From Candidatus Heimdallarchaeota archaeon (lineage in GTDB: Archaea; Asgardarchaeota; Heimdallarchaeia; Hodarchaeales; Hodarchaeaceae): a stretch of DNA of 19,165 nt. A program made the translations under genes and the position numbers. Every line of letters starts with the position of its first letter. The first letter of the stretch is position 1. The stretch spans positions 193,683 through 212,847 of the forward strand of contig CP070695.1 of the NCBI GenBank assembly GCA_020353515.1. Direction: 5' to 3'. The notes below the pieces were generated by a model. That model made no database searches, had not been told where the DNA came from, and saw nothing but the letters and a program-made list of their open reading frames with translations. Shown here one piece after another: positions 1-8,515 of this stretch.

Positions 1-1
1 A

Positions 2-184
2 CTACCACGTAATCCAATCAAGGAGTCCTAATAACGCAAGCAATACTATGATTAATCCAACAAAGAGAGATAACCAGTCTTCATTCATCCACTGAAAATA
101 TCGGAAAATACCTTCTGCTGAGACATCTCCCTCTTTTTCCTCGGTATTTTTCTCTTCTATCTCCACTTCGTTATTTTGAGCCAT
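2..184 (-). CDS. Small single-pass membrane protein (EDW motif followed by a hydrophobic helix)
   Basis: 60 aa with an acidic N-terminus, then NEDWLSLFVGLIIVLLALLGLL. GGAG precedes the ATG and the TAG stop is at 2-4. Resembles the EDW-helix of YeiH/UPF0324-associated proteins (from recall). Confidence 0.6.
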   Translation of the reverse strand: MAQNNEVEIEEKNTEEKEGDVSAEGIFRYFQWMNEDWLSLFVGLIIVLLALLGLLDWITW

Positions 185-408
185 TATTCATACTCCTTTT
201 GATCTAATTGCTTTTCTATTGAAGATGGCACTGTTTAAGTAATCTTTTAATAAATATCGGTTTTAAATAGATATCTACCTAGAAAATTAAATTAGCGGTT
301 TTTTGATCTCCTTAGATGGAAAGAAATCCTCCTCTAGATGATGAAAATATATCGATATAGGTCTCATGGATTCCCTTGTTCTAGAAAATAATACTTAAGG
401 AAGTAAAA

Positions 409-1521
409 ATGTCAATCATTGCCTATTTCATCAGTGATCATGGATTCGGACATGCTTCTCGGAGTATAGCCATTATTCGCTCTCTCCTTGAATGTGACCT
501 AGAGATTTCAATAGAAATCCACACATCAAGTCCTTTATCTTTCGTTCAAAGATCATTCTCCCAAAATGAAGAGCCACCACGTGTACAGTTCCATAAACAG
601 ATGAACGATATTGGGTTTATTGGAAATGAAACAACTGGTAAGATAGATTACCAGAGTACAGCCAAAGAAGTCTCCTTGTGGATAAACGATTGGCACACTT
701 CTTACATCTTTGAAGAGTATCGCTATCTTAAATCAAAGAATATTGATCTTATTATCTCGGATATCGCTCCTCAGCCTTTTTTATTGGCGAAAAAACTAGA
801 TCTGCCTAGTATTGCCATTAGTAATTTCACTTGGCTTGATATTTATCAAAATCCTGCGTTCAAACTAGGAGATCTAGAAGCTGTTTGGAAGGCATATCGT
901 GAAGCTTCTCTTGGGTTGATGTTACCTTTCAACTTGGATAATACTGTTTTTTGTTCAGCAATGGAGACGAATCTCGTTAGTCGACCTCCATCCCGTACCA
1001 AACAACAGATGAGGGAAATTTTAAATCTGGACTCTGGTGAACAGGTCGTTTATTTAGGAACAGGATTCTCTTTTAAGACTCCTTTCTTAGATAAATGGAC
1101 TAAAAAAAATGAGTTCCAATTAATTATTGGAGGGCAACATGAGGTTCTTCATCCGAAAATCAGAGCTGTTCCTCTTTCTGACTCTGAGGGCCAAGATTAC
1201 ATTGCTTGTAGCGATATCGCTCTCATCAAACTTGGTTACAGTTCTTTAGCTGAAGCGATTCGATCACATGTTCCAATTATTGGCATAGATTTTCCTCAAA
1301 CAGCAGAAACAAAAGAAATGAAAAAAATAGTTGAGGATTTGGGAATAGGGCTGTGTATCACATCTGAAGATTTTTTTCAGGGTAAATGGCAAGATCTTCT
1401 CCCTAAAGTAGCTGATATGAAACAGAATTTTTCTCATTTACCTGATCGTTTCGTCAAACATGGTGAATCGCAGATTGCAGGCTTTATTTTAGATCTTTTG
1501 GATGAAATTTGCAGCGTATGA
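409..1521 (+). CDS. GT-B fold glycosyltransferase-like protein (resembles the L-arabinokinase N-terminal domain / GT1-GT28-like)
   Basis: N-terminal YFISDHGFGHASRS, central DLIISDIAP and ISNFTWLDIY, C-terminal DYIACSDIALIKLGYSSLAEA. Confidence 0.75.
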   Translation: MSIIAYFISDHGFGHASRSIAIIRSLLECDLEISIEIHTSSPLSFVQRSFSQNEEPPRVQFHKQMNDIGFIGNETTGKIDYQSTAKEVSLWINDWHTSYIFEEYRYLKSKNIDLIISDIAPQPFLLAKKLDLPSIAISNFTWLDIYQNPAFKLGDLEAVWKAYREASLGLMLPFNLDNTVFCSAMETNLVSRPPSRTKQQMREILNLDSGEQVVYLGTGFSFKTPFLDKWTKKNEFQLIIGGQHEVLHPKIRAVPLSDSEGQDYIACSDIALIKLGYSSLAEAIRSHVPIIGIDFPQTAETKEMKKIVEDLGIGLCITSEDFFQGKWQDLLPKVADMKQNFSHLPDRFVKHGESQIAGFILDLLDEICSV

Positions 1522-1527
1522 TAACAA

Positions 1528-2106
1528 TTATTTTGAGGTTTTTAATAGATCAGCTTTCGTAATTATCCCAATAATTTTTCCTTTCTCTGTAACCAGAACT
1601 GCTGCTGATACTTGAAGTAGACTAGTGATGGCACTTAACGGTATCTCTTTGTTGATAACTGGAAACACATCGTCCATGATTTTTTCAACTGGATCTCCTT
1701 CTATTTCCTTTAAGGTCTGTCCTTTCAATAATACATCAAGCAAGGTCTGTTCGGTGACACTTCCCATATTTCGGCCGCTTTTTGAGAAGACAGGTACTTG
1801 AGATATTCCATTATCTTTCATCAGTTTAAACACATGTCTAATAGAATCATCAGTTTCTACAAATATTACTGAAGACATTATTTCGTATGCTTTAGTTTGA
1901 TTACGATGTTCGATTGAATATAAAGTCTGATATATGCGTCGCACAACATCATATGATGGATTCAGAGTCCCATTTTCAATTTTAGCTATCATTGACTGGG
2001 ATATTCCAACTCTATGAGCTAATTCGACCTGCGTTAAGCCAATAATTTTCCTCATTCGCCGTAGTTCAATGAGTTCAGGTAAAATTACACCGCTCATCGT
2101 CATCAT
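1528..2106 (-). CDS. Transcriptional regulator, XRE/Cro-C1 HTH plus CBS-domain pair (COG3620-like)
   Basis: HTH: LRRMRKIIGLTQVELAHRVGISQSMIAKIENGTLNPSY. CBS: EIMS...MKDNGISQVPV...GSVTEQTL and KIMD...GIITKADL. The start is probably an ATG at 2106, 2103 or 2097 rather than the GTG at 2148. Confidence 0.9.
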   Translation of the reverse strand: MMTMSGVILPELIELRRMRKIIGLTQVELAHRVGISQSMIAKIENGTLNPSYDVVRRIYQTLYSIEHRNQTKAYEIMSSVIFVETDDSIRHVFKLMKDNGISQVPVFSKSGRNMGSVTEQTLLDVLLKGQTLKEIEGDPVEKIMDDVFPVINKEIPLSAITSLLQVSAAVLVTEKGKIIGIITKADLLKTSK

Positions 2107-2138
2107 AAGAAAAAGGAGAAAGAATAATGTATGTTTCC

Positions 2139-2183
2139 AATATTCCACTCAAGAATATTTCTTTCAGAAATATATGAATTCAT
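2139..2183. promoter_or_regulatory. Candidate operator array in the divergent promoter
   Basis: AATATTC-N7-GAATATT (2139-2159), ATATTTCT-N3-AGAAATAT (2155-2173) and ATGAATTCAT (2174-2183). A TTTAA TATA-like element follows, about 25 bp before the TTG at 2211. Confidence 0.5.
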
Positions 2184-2210
2184 TTAACAATACTGGCGGA
2201 CTGACCTGCA

Positions 2211-3269
2211 TTGCCACAGTATAGTACTATCTTAACAGGGATTCATCCACTTTCAGAATCTTTAATCAAAAAAATTTTTGATTTCAAGTATGGTAGAGCT
2301 GCTTCACCTACTCATGTCAGGGATGCATTTGAAAAGGATATTAAAGACCTTGTAACATTATTATTACAATGTTTTCCTATTGCCATTTCTACTGGCAATT
2401 TAGGTTGGTGGGATCTACTTAGACCGTTTTCAGAGGAGTTACAAGGCCTTACACATAAGGGGAACATCAGAAATCTTCCTGTAGCGCGTAATCCTCTGAC
2501 AAATACCTTCTATCGTCAACCTATTATTGCGGGAAAACTTTCCTCTAAAGGTTCAGCTCTCCAAACAGCAAAACACCCTTTTCTTGATGGGAATATTCTT
2601 CAAACAAATTATCTCTCGGATAAACTCGCGAATAATGGGAAAAGCTTGTGTTTACCAGGACCATTTACTTTTTCCAGAGCAGTTTCCATTAATACTGATG
2701 GATCCAAGGTTTATAAGACACGAGATGCTTTAATGACAGATTTTTCACAGATTTTACACAATGAATTGAAGTATCTCTCATCTGAAGGTTATTCCCATGT
2801 TGTACTTGATGAGAGTTCTATCGTCTGGGAGAAGGTTGATGAGGATAGTCGTTCTTTACTTACTGATTTATGGAATCAAATTGTATCGGAATCCTCATTG
2901 AAGGTAATTCTTCATACTTACAATCGCCTTACTGAAAACAAACTTCAATTGCTATTGGATTCCAATGCTTGGGCCATTGGTATTGATTGTATAAGAAATA
3001 ATCCTCAGAAATTAGTGGAACATGATTTTAATGGAAAAATACTCTTAGCTGGGGCTGTAGATAGTCAAAGCTATCTTAGGGATATAGATGGCAATTTACT
3101 TGTGGAAAATATTGCTGATTTAGTTCAGTTAGGTAATGATCTAGCAGAGTCACAATCAGATCACATCATTCTAGCCCCAACAACACGGTTAGAATTTGTA
3201 CCCAGATCTGTCGCCGATCTTAAGTTACATCGATTAGGTCAAGCACTCAAAAAATTACAGGAAATGTAG
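2211..3269 (+). CDS. Cobalamin-independent methionine synthase-like protein, non-catalytic (MetE N-terminal-like) subunit
   Basis: MetE barrel motifs LPGPFTF, VLDESS, AIGID, AGAVDSQS and ILAPTTRLEFVP...LKL. Zn ligands are absent (LHTY in place of HxC, PTT in place of PDC). TTG start. Confidence 0.8.
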   Translation: MPQYSTILTGIHPLSESLIKKIFDFKYGRAASPTHVRDAFEKDIKDLVTLLLQCFPIAISTGNLGWWDLLRPFSEELQGLTHKGNIRNLPVARNPLTNTFYRQPIIAGKLSSKGSALQTAKHPFLDGNILQTNYLSDKLANNGKSLCLPGPFTFSRAVSINTDGSKVYKTRDALMTDFSQILHNELKYLSSEGYSHVVLDESSIVWEKVDEDSRSLLTDLWNQIVSESSLKVILHTYNRLTENKLQLLLDSNAWAIGIDCIRNNPQKLVEHDFNGKILLAGAVDSQSYLRDIDGNLLVENIADLVQLGNDLAESQSDHIILAPTTRLEFVPRSVADLKLHRLGQALKKLQEM

Positions 3270-3277
3270 ATGATACT

Positions 3278-4549
3278 ATGACAGCTAATCAACATGATCC
3301 TTTTGATCTTTTATTATCTACTCATGAAGTAGGCTCAATGAGGAAGTTAAACGCAACTATCCTTGCACTTCAAGGGAGAAAAATCCCTACCCCTCATTTA
3401 GAGGAGATTCGTCTTTGGTGGCCTAAATTAGAACTTGGAGATCCCGAGGAAGCCATTTCTCTTCTTTTAAAAAGACCTGATAGTGGTGGAAAAGATCTTC
3501 AAGATTGGGAATTGGATGTTTTAAAGCTTAGATTACGATTTAATCTCCGTTTCTTAGAAAGTACTGATTTAGATTTTGTCTATAGTGGTGAAGCATGGAG
3601 ACGGGAGATGTATGAACATGCGGCTAAAGAGATCGAAGGTATATTTCTTGAAGATGAGCATATTCGTTCTTTCGATGACCGCTTTTACAAACCAGGTGTC
3701 AGAGTAAAAAACGTTGATATTCAACGTAAAAAGGCAATTTATATTGAGGAACTTGAATACACGCAGAAATATGCTAAGAAACCTCTACGATTTTGCTTTA
3801 CTGGTCCTTATACAATATTTAACTGGACAATTAGACCATCTAACGATACTCAATTCTTGTTTGATTTAGTGGACAATGTTTTCATCCCTGAGATTAAGGA
3901 GGCAATCAAAGCAGGTGCTCGCTTTATTACCTCTGATGAACCAGCATATACAACTATTCCTGACGATCGAGATATCTATAATGAGGCTTATCATAGATTC
4001 TTTAAGGGTGTTAGTAGATTTGCAAAAGAAAAGAATTGTAGATTAGGTTTTCATACCTGCTTCTCTCATCGTTATGATATCCTATTTGAAGATTTACCAA
4101 GTTTTCCTTGGGACTTTGCTAGCCTTGAGTATGCGAATCGTGATTCAAAGCAACTTGGAACCTCTCATGATGATCGCCCCTCGTATAAAGAAGCAGTAGA
4201 AAGTGCTCTTCAAATTTATAATAGCAGAAATCGTTGTAAATTAGCACTAGGAGTCTTAGAGGTTCATGCTGATCGTCTTTTTTCTGAAAAAGAATTTGAA
4301 GCTGGAACAGCCTATAAACAACTACGTGATCTTATCCGAGACAGGCTTCTATATCAATCAAGGTATTTATATGAGAATTTGGGGGATGAAGGCCCCTTTT
4401 TGCTATTAACTGCTCCAGATTGCGGGTTAAGACCTGTGCAACGAATTAATGCTCTACACACCATGCTCACCGCCATGGTCGACGGAGCGCATGACGCTAG
4501 AACATCATTGATTAATGAGTTTGATTTACCTACTTATAGAACGAATTAA
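3278..4549 (+). CDS. metE: Cobalamin-independent methionine synthase, catalytic (MetE C-terminal-like) subunit
   Basis: THEVGS, SGEAWRREM, FTGPYTI and DEPA. Zn ligands in FHTCF (HxC), SLEYANRD (E) and APDCGLR (C). Starts 8 bp after the upstream paralog. Confidence 0.88.
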   Translation: MTANQHDPFDLLLSTHEVGSMRKLNATILALQGRKIPTPHLEEIRLWWPKLELGDPEEAISLLLKRPDSGGKDLQDWELDVLKLRLRFNLRFLESTDLDFVYSGEAWRREMYEHAAKEIEGIFLEDEHIRSFDDRFYKPGVRVKNVDIQRKKAIYIEELEYTQKYAKKPLRFCFTGPYTIFNWTIRPSNDTQFLFDLVDNVFIPEIKEAIKAGARFITSDEPAYTTIPDDRDIYNEAYHRFFKGVSRFAKEKNCRLGFHTCFSHRYDILFEDLPSFPWDFASLEYANRDSKQLGTSHDDRPSYKEAVESALQIYNSRNRCKLALGVLEVHADRLFSEKEFEAGTAYKQLRDLIRDRLLYQSRYLYENLGDEGPFLLLTAPDCGLRPVQRINALHTMLTAMVDGAHDARTSLINEFDLPTYRTN

Positions 4550-4634
4550 AAAGTTTTTTCTCAAAATAAACTAAAATTTAGATACCTAACTGAAAAATGT
4601 AAAATCAAGAAATACTAAACGAAGGAATGAAATC

Positions 4635-5798
4635 ATGGTTTCAGCACGACATTTATTTACCTCTGAATCAGTAACAGAGGGACATCCTGATAAGATGGCG
4701 GATCAAATTTCGGACGCTATTTTAGATGCGATTTTGATGGATGATCCAGAGGCCCACGTTGCCTGTGAGACGTATCTTACCACAGGAATGGCGTTAATTG
4801 GTGGAGAAATTACCACATCGACTTACGTAGATGTCCAAAAAGTGGCTCGAAAAAAAATCCAAGAGATTGGCTATACTAACTCACGAATGGGATTTGATTA
4901 CAAGTCTGTGGCCGTATTAAATACTATCCATGAACAAAGTGGGGATATTGCTAGAGGGGTTGAAAAAATCCGACTTGAAGATCAAGGAGCTGGGGATCAA
5001 GGGATGATGTTTGGATATGCATGTAGAGAAACTGAATCACTCATGCCTCTTCCGATTGTCCTTGCTCATGGATTAACGAAGCAATTGGCCACGGCCCGAA
5101 AAAATAAAGAAATTTCATGGTTACGGCCTGATGGAAAATCCCAAGCCACTGTTGATTACAGCAATGGTAAGCCAACCGAAATCACATCTGTTGTTATAGC
5201 TGCCCAACACAGTGATGAAGTCAGCCATAATGAAATCAAAGAGGAAATCATTGCAAAAGTGATTCAAAAAGTGATTCCTGAACGTTACCTGACGGATGAA
5301 ACCGAATATTTCGTTAATGAGACTGGTCGCTTTGTCATTGGGGGTCCTCATGGAGACACTGGGTTAACAGGACGAAAGATCATTGTGGATACTTATGGTG
5401 GTGTGGGTTCACATGGCGGCGGTTGCTTTTCTGGCAAAGACCCCTCGAAAGTCGACCGATCTGGTTCGTATGCTGCACGCTGGGCAGCAAAAAATGTTGT
5501 CGCAGCTGGTCTTGCAGATGAATGTGAAATCCAGATTGCGTATGCTATTGGAGTTGCCAAACCTCTGTGTATCAACTTAGATACCAAGAGGTCAAATAAA
5601 ATCCCTGAACTTGACATCTTAGACCTAATCAAAAAGCATTTTGACTTCAGGCCAGGAATGATTATTGACCGACTTAAATTGAAAAGGCCTATTTACGCTA
5701 AGACGGCTGCATATGGTCACTTTGGCCGAGATGACCCTGATTTCACCTGGGAAAAGACAGATGTTGCCCAGATCTTACGTGAAGAAGCAGGATTATAG
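4635..5798 (+). CDS. metK: S-adenosylmethionine synthetase, bacterial/eukaryotic type
   Basis: [56 protein letters not shown] and [15 protein letters not shown] lies upstream. Confidence 0.98.
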   Translation: MVSARHLFTSESVTEGHPDKMADQISDAILDAILMDDPEAHVACETYLTTGMALIGGEITTSTYVDVQKVARKKIQEIGYTNSRMGFDYKSVAVLNTIHEQSGDIARGVEKIRLEDQGAGDQGMMFGYACRETESLMPLPIVLAHGLTKQLATARKNKEISWLRPDGKSQATVDYSNGKPTEITSVVIAAQHSDEVSHNEIKEEIIAKVIQKVIPERYLTDETEYFVNETGRFVIGGPHGDTGLTGRKIIVDTYGGVGSHGGGCFSGKDPSKVDRSGSYAARWAAKNVVAAGLADECEIQIAYAIGVAKPLCINLDTKRSNKIPELDILDLIKKHFDFRPGMIIDRLKLKRPIYAKTAAYGHFGRDDPDFTWEKTDVAQILREEAGL

Positions 5799-5937
5799 TC
5801 ATTTATCCTGTTTCCATATGATTGTCTAATGTATGTTTTTCACTCAACAATTGTGCTCTTAATCCAATAAGATTATTTTCTAGAAATCTCATCAAAAGAC
5901 CTTATTAATGAAAACTGTTTGATATCTACATAATTTA

Positions 5938-6882
5938 ATGGTGAACATAATGGATCGAAGCACGATGGCTCAGTTGTTTGCACGGTTTCCTATAAGTATG
6001 CGATATGTTTTAGGTGTACTGTTAATTAGTGCTTACAGCTTCGATGTTCGCGTCATCAGAGATTACATTGAAGGGAAACTTGCAACAAAATTTAATTATT
6101 CTACTGAGGCCATAGATAAAATAAAATCTCTCAAGGATCATTATATGGGAGAAAGATGCTTTATTCTTGGAAATGGGCCAAGTCTGAATCAAACAGATCT
6201 AAGCAATTTGAAGAATGAGGTTTCTATCGCATCCAGTGGGATTTTTCACATATTTAAAGAAAATGATTATAGACCAACCTACTATACAGTTGTAGATTTT
6301 ATCTTTGCTCAACAATACGCTAAAATAATAGATAGAGTTATCAAAAAAGATAATATCACTGGAGTTTTGTTAAATTCACTGAAAAAATATATTCAGGGAG
6401 ATGATAGCACAATTTGGGTGAATTTCTTACCAACCTGGATACATGGTCATTACTCTCAATATACTCTTGAGAATATGGAGACAAATAGGGAGAATCCTCT
6501 ATTACCTGAATTTAGTGAAGATCTTGTTAGAGGAATTCACGATGCAGGAACCGTGACGTATGTTAATCTCCAGTTGGCTCTTTATATGGGATTTCAAGAT
6601 ATTTATTTGATTGGGGTCGACCATAACTACCATATTGAGAAAACGATCAGAACTAAAGATGAAGATATCCTGATTAGTGACTATGAAGTGGATCCAAATC
6701 ACTTTAGTCCCAATTATACCCCAAAGGGGCATAAAATGGCGGTTCCGAGAGTTAGTATAATGGAATCATCTTATTATAAGGCAAGAAAAGTGGCAGAATC
6801 TCGGGGGATAAACATTTATGATGCAACCAAAGGGGGGCAATTAAGAGTTTATCAAAAAGTTGATTATGATTCTTTATTCTGA
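5938..6882 (+). CDS. DUF115/MptE-like (Maf-related) protein, candidate nonulosonate transferase
   Basis: RCFILGNGPSL, GTVTYVNLQLALYMGFQDIYLIGVDHNY, DPNHF and IYDATKGGQLRVY. Adjacent to the CMP-synthetase. Confidence 0.75.
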   Translation: MVNIMDRSTMAQLFARFPISMRYVLGVLLISAYSFDVRVIRDYIEGKLATKFNYSTEAIDKIKSLKDHYMGERCFILGNGPSLNQTDLSNLKNEVSIASSGIFHIFKENDYRPTYYTVVDFIFAQQYAKIIDRVIKKDNITGVLLNSLKKYIQGDDSTIWVNFLPTWIHGHYSQYTLENMETNRENPLLPEFSEDLVRGIHDAGTVTYVNLQLALYMGFQDIYLIGVDHNYHIEKTIRTKDEDILISDYEVDPNHFSPNYTPKGHKMAVPRVSIMESSYYKARKVAESRGINIYDATKGGQLRVYQKVDYDSLF

Positions 6883-7601
6883 AAGTCAAATTCTTTATGT
6901 TTTTTCATTAATCTTTCTGCTTCATTTAATCTTTCTTGGGTATCAATATCAATTTTATTCTGAGGTAGATCTTCTAAAATCAGAGGTAATATTCGTTCTC
7001 CTGTCATTGAACCCATTTTAAGAATGACATGAGTCCGAACCACGTCTATATACCCTGTTTGCCAATAAATAGGTGTCAAGATTTGTCGAGGTTGGTTGTA
7101 GGCCTCTTTAATTGTAGTTTTCATTATTGGTTTTAAATATCCTTTCTCATTGATCTTCCACATTTTATAAGGATTTTCATCAGGTACTACAACAGCTCGG
7201 ACACTGTGAGCTTCTGGATTATTTATTAGTAGATTGATGGCTTTATCAACAATATGTGGGTGTCGTAATGGGCTGGTTGGCCGTAGTTGAACAATTATTT
7301 CTGGAGTATAATTTTCCTTGTCTTTTAACCACATAAGAGCGTGTGTAAAAACAGGTAGATCAGGAGTGAGATCTTGAGCAAATATGCTAGGTCGTGTAAA
7401 AGGGATTTCAGCTCCATATTGTTTACTAATAGTTGCAATCTCTGGATCATCAGTTGAAACTATTATTCGAGTAATCAATTTACTTTCTTGAGCTACTCGT
7501 ATAGAATAATAGATCAGAGGTTTATTGGATAGAATAGCAATATTCTTTTTGGGAAGTTTTTTAGAACCTCCCCGTGCTGGAATTAATGCTAAAATCTCCA
7601 T
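6864..7601 (-). CDS. neuA: Acylneuraminate cytidylyltransferase (CMP-nonulosonate synthetase)
   Basis: ALIPARGGSKKLPKKNI, IVSTDD, QLRPTSPLR, PRQ and IDIDT. Confidence 0.92.
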   Translation of the reverse strand: MEILALIPARGGSKKLPKKNIAILSNKPLIYYSIRVAQESKLITRIIVSTDDPEIATISKQYGAEIPFTRPSIFAQDLTPDLPVFTHALMWLKDKENYTPEIIVQLRPTSPLRHPHIVDKAINLLINNPEAHSVRAVVVPDENPYKMWKINEKGYLKPIMKTTIKEAYNQPRQILTPIYWQTGYIDVVRTHVILKMGSMTGERILPLILEDLPQNKIDIDTQERLNEAERLMKKHKEFDFQNKES

Positions 7602-7656
7602 TATAAACTACATCCATTATTTAAGCTTATCTGAAAGCACAAATTTCCCAATAAAT

Positions 7657-8496
7657 TTACCAACAAGTCCAACCACCATCAATAATGAGATTAGCACCAG
7701 TCATATAGGAGGAGGCATCAGATAATAAGAAGATCATTGCCCCTTGGTACTCATGTTCTTTAGCCATTCTTCCCAGTGGGACTCGTGAAGAATAATTGTT
7801 GACAAAGGTCTTATCATGCCCAGCAAAAACCCCACCAGGTGTTAGTGTATTTACTCGTATCTTATATTTTGCCCAATATGTTGCAAGATATCGAGTAAAG
7901 TTTAACACAGCGCTTTTCGTGGTTGCATATCCAATAGGTGTATTGATGGATTGTTCTCCATATTGACTTTTGGTTCCTTGATATATGCGATGATCAGGAG
8001 AGACAACACCGTATGTAGAGGCAACATTAACGATTGATCCCCCATCAGAATTTTTTTTCATTTGTTTTCCAATTTCTCGTGTTACTAGAAACATTCCAGT
8101 AAGATTTGTATCTAAAGCCAGCTGCCAGAGCTTAAGAGGGTAGTTCTCAAAGGCTGAAAAGTAATCCTTGAATTCTGTTCCTCCTTTGGCTACTGTTAAA
8201 GCAGCGTTATTAATTAATCCATTGATCCTTCCATATTTCTCGAGGGTTTGTTCTACAAGATTTTGTACACTTTTCTCTGAGGTAATATCTACTTCACAAG
8301 CAAAACCTTCCCCACCAGTTTCATGCTCTAATATTTTGATAAAATCTTCAGCTCCGTTTAATTTGATATCTGCTATCACAGGATACCCATTAGCTATAGC
8401 TATTGCTTCTGCATAGGTCTTACCAAGGAGCCCCATTCCCCCAGTAATTACGACAACCTTTTCTCGAAGACTAAATAATTCTTGAATATTTCTCAT
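7657..8496 (-). CDS. Short-chain dehydrogenase/reductase, PtmA/ElaC-like
   Basis: TGGMGLLG, LINNAA, VASTYG, YATTK (YxxxK), PGG, PLGRMA and MTGANLIIDGGWTCW. Confidence 0.88.
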   Translation of the reverse strand: MRNIQELFSLREKVVVITGGMGLLGKTYAEAIAIANGYPVIADIKLNGAEDFIKILEHETGGEGFACEVDITSEKSVQNLVEQTLEKYGRINGLINNAALTVAKGGTEFKDYFSAFENYPLKLWQLALDTNLTGMFLVTREIGKQMKKNSDGGSIVNVASTYGVVSPDHRIYQGTKSQYGEQSINTPIGYATTKSAVLNFTRYLATYWAKYKIRVNTLTPGGVFAGHDKTFVNNYSSRVPLGRMAKEHEYQGAMIFLLSDASSYMTGANLIIDGGWTCW

Positions 8497-8515
8497 TTTT
8501 CTTCCTTCATTTTTG

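Noticed and set aside
2107-2148. Hydrophobic N-terminal extension making the regulator membrane-anchored
   Set aside because: Probably an artefact of the upstream GTG. The domain starts near the ATG cluster at 2097-2106 and the extension runs through the promoter.
3261-3281. TAG read-through (pyrrolysine) fusing the two MetE-like ORFs
   Set aside because: The ORFs are in different frames, and read-through meets a TGA four codons later.
4550-4634. SAM riboswitch upstream of metK
   Set aside because: Only 85 bp, very AT-rich, with no S-box consensus or stable stems. The CTAAA-A-TTTAG palindrome is too weak.
5121-5632. Short alternative-frame and antisense ORFs within metK
   Set aside because: Shadow ORFs of a highly conserved gene with no motifs.
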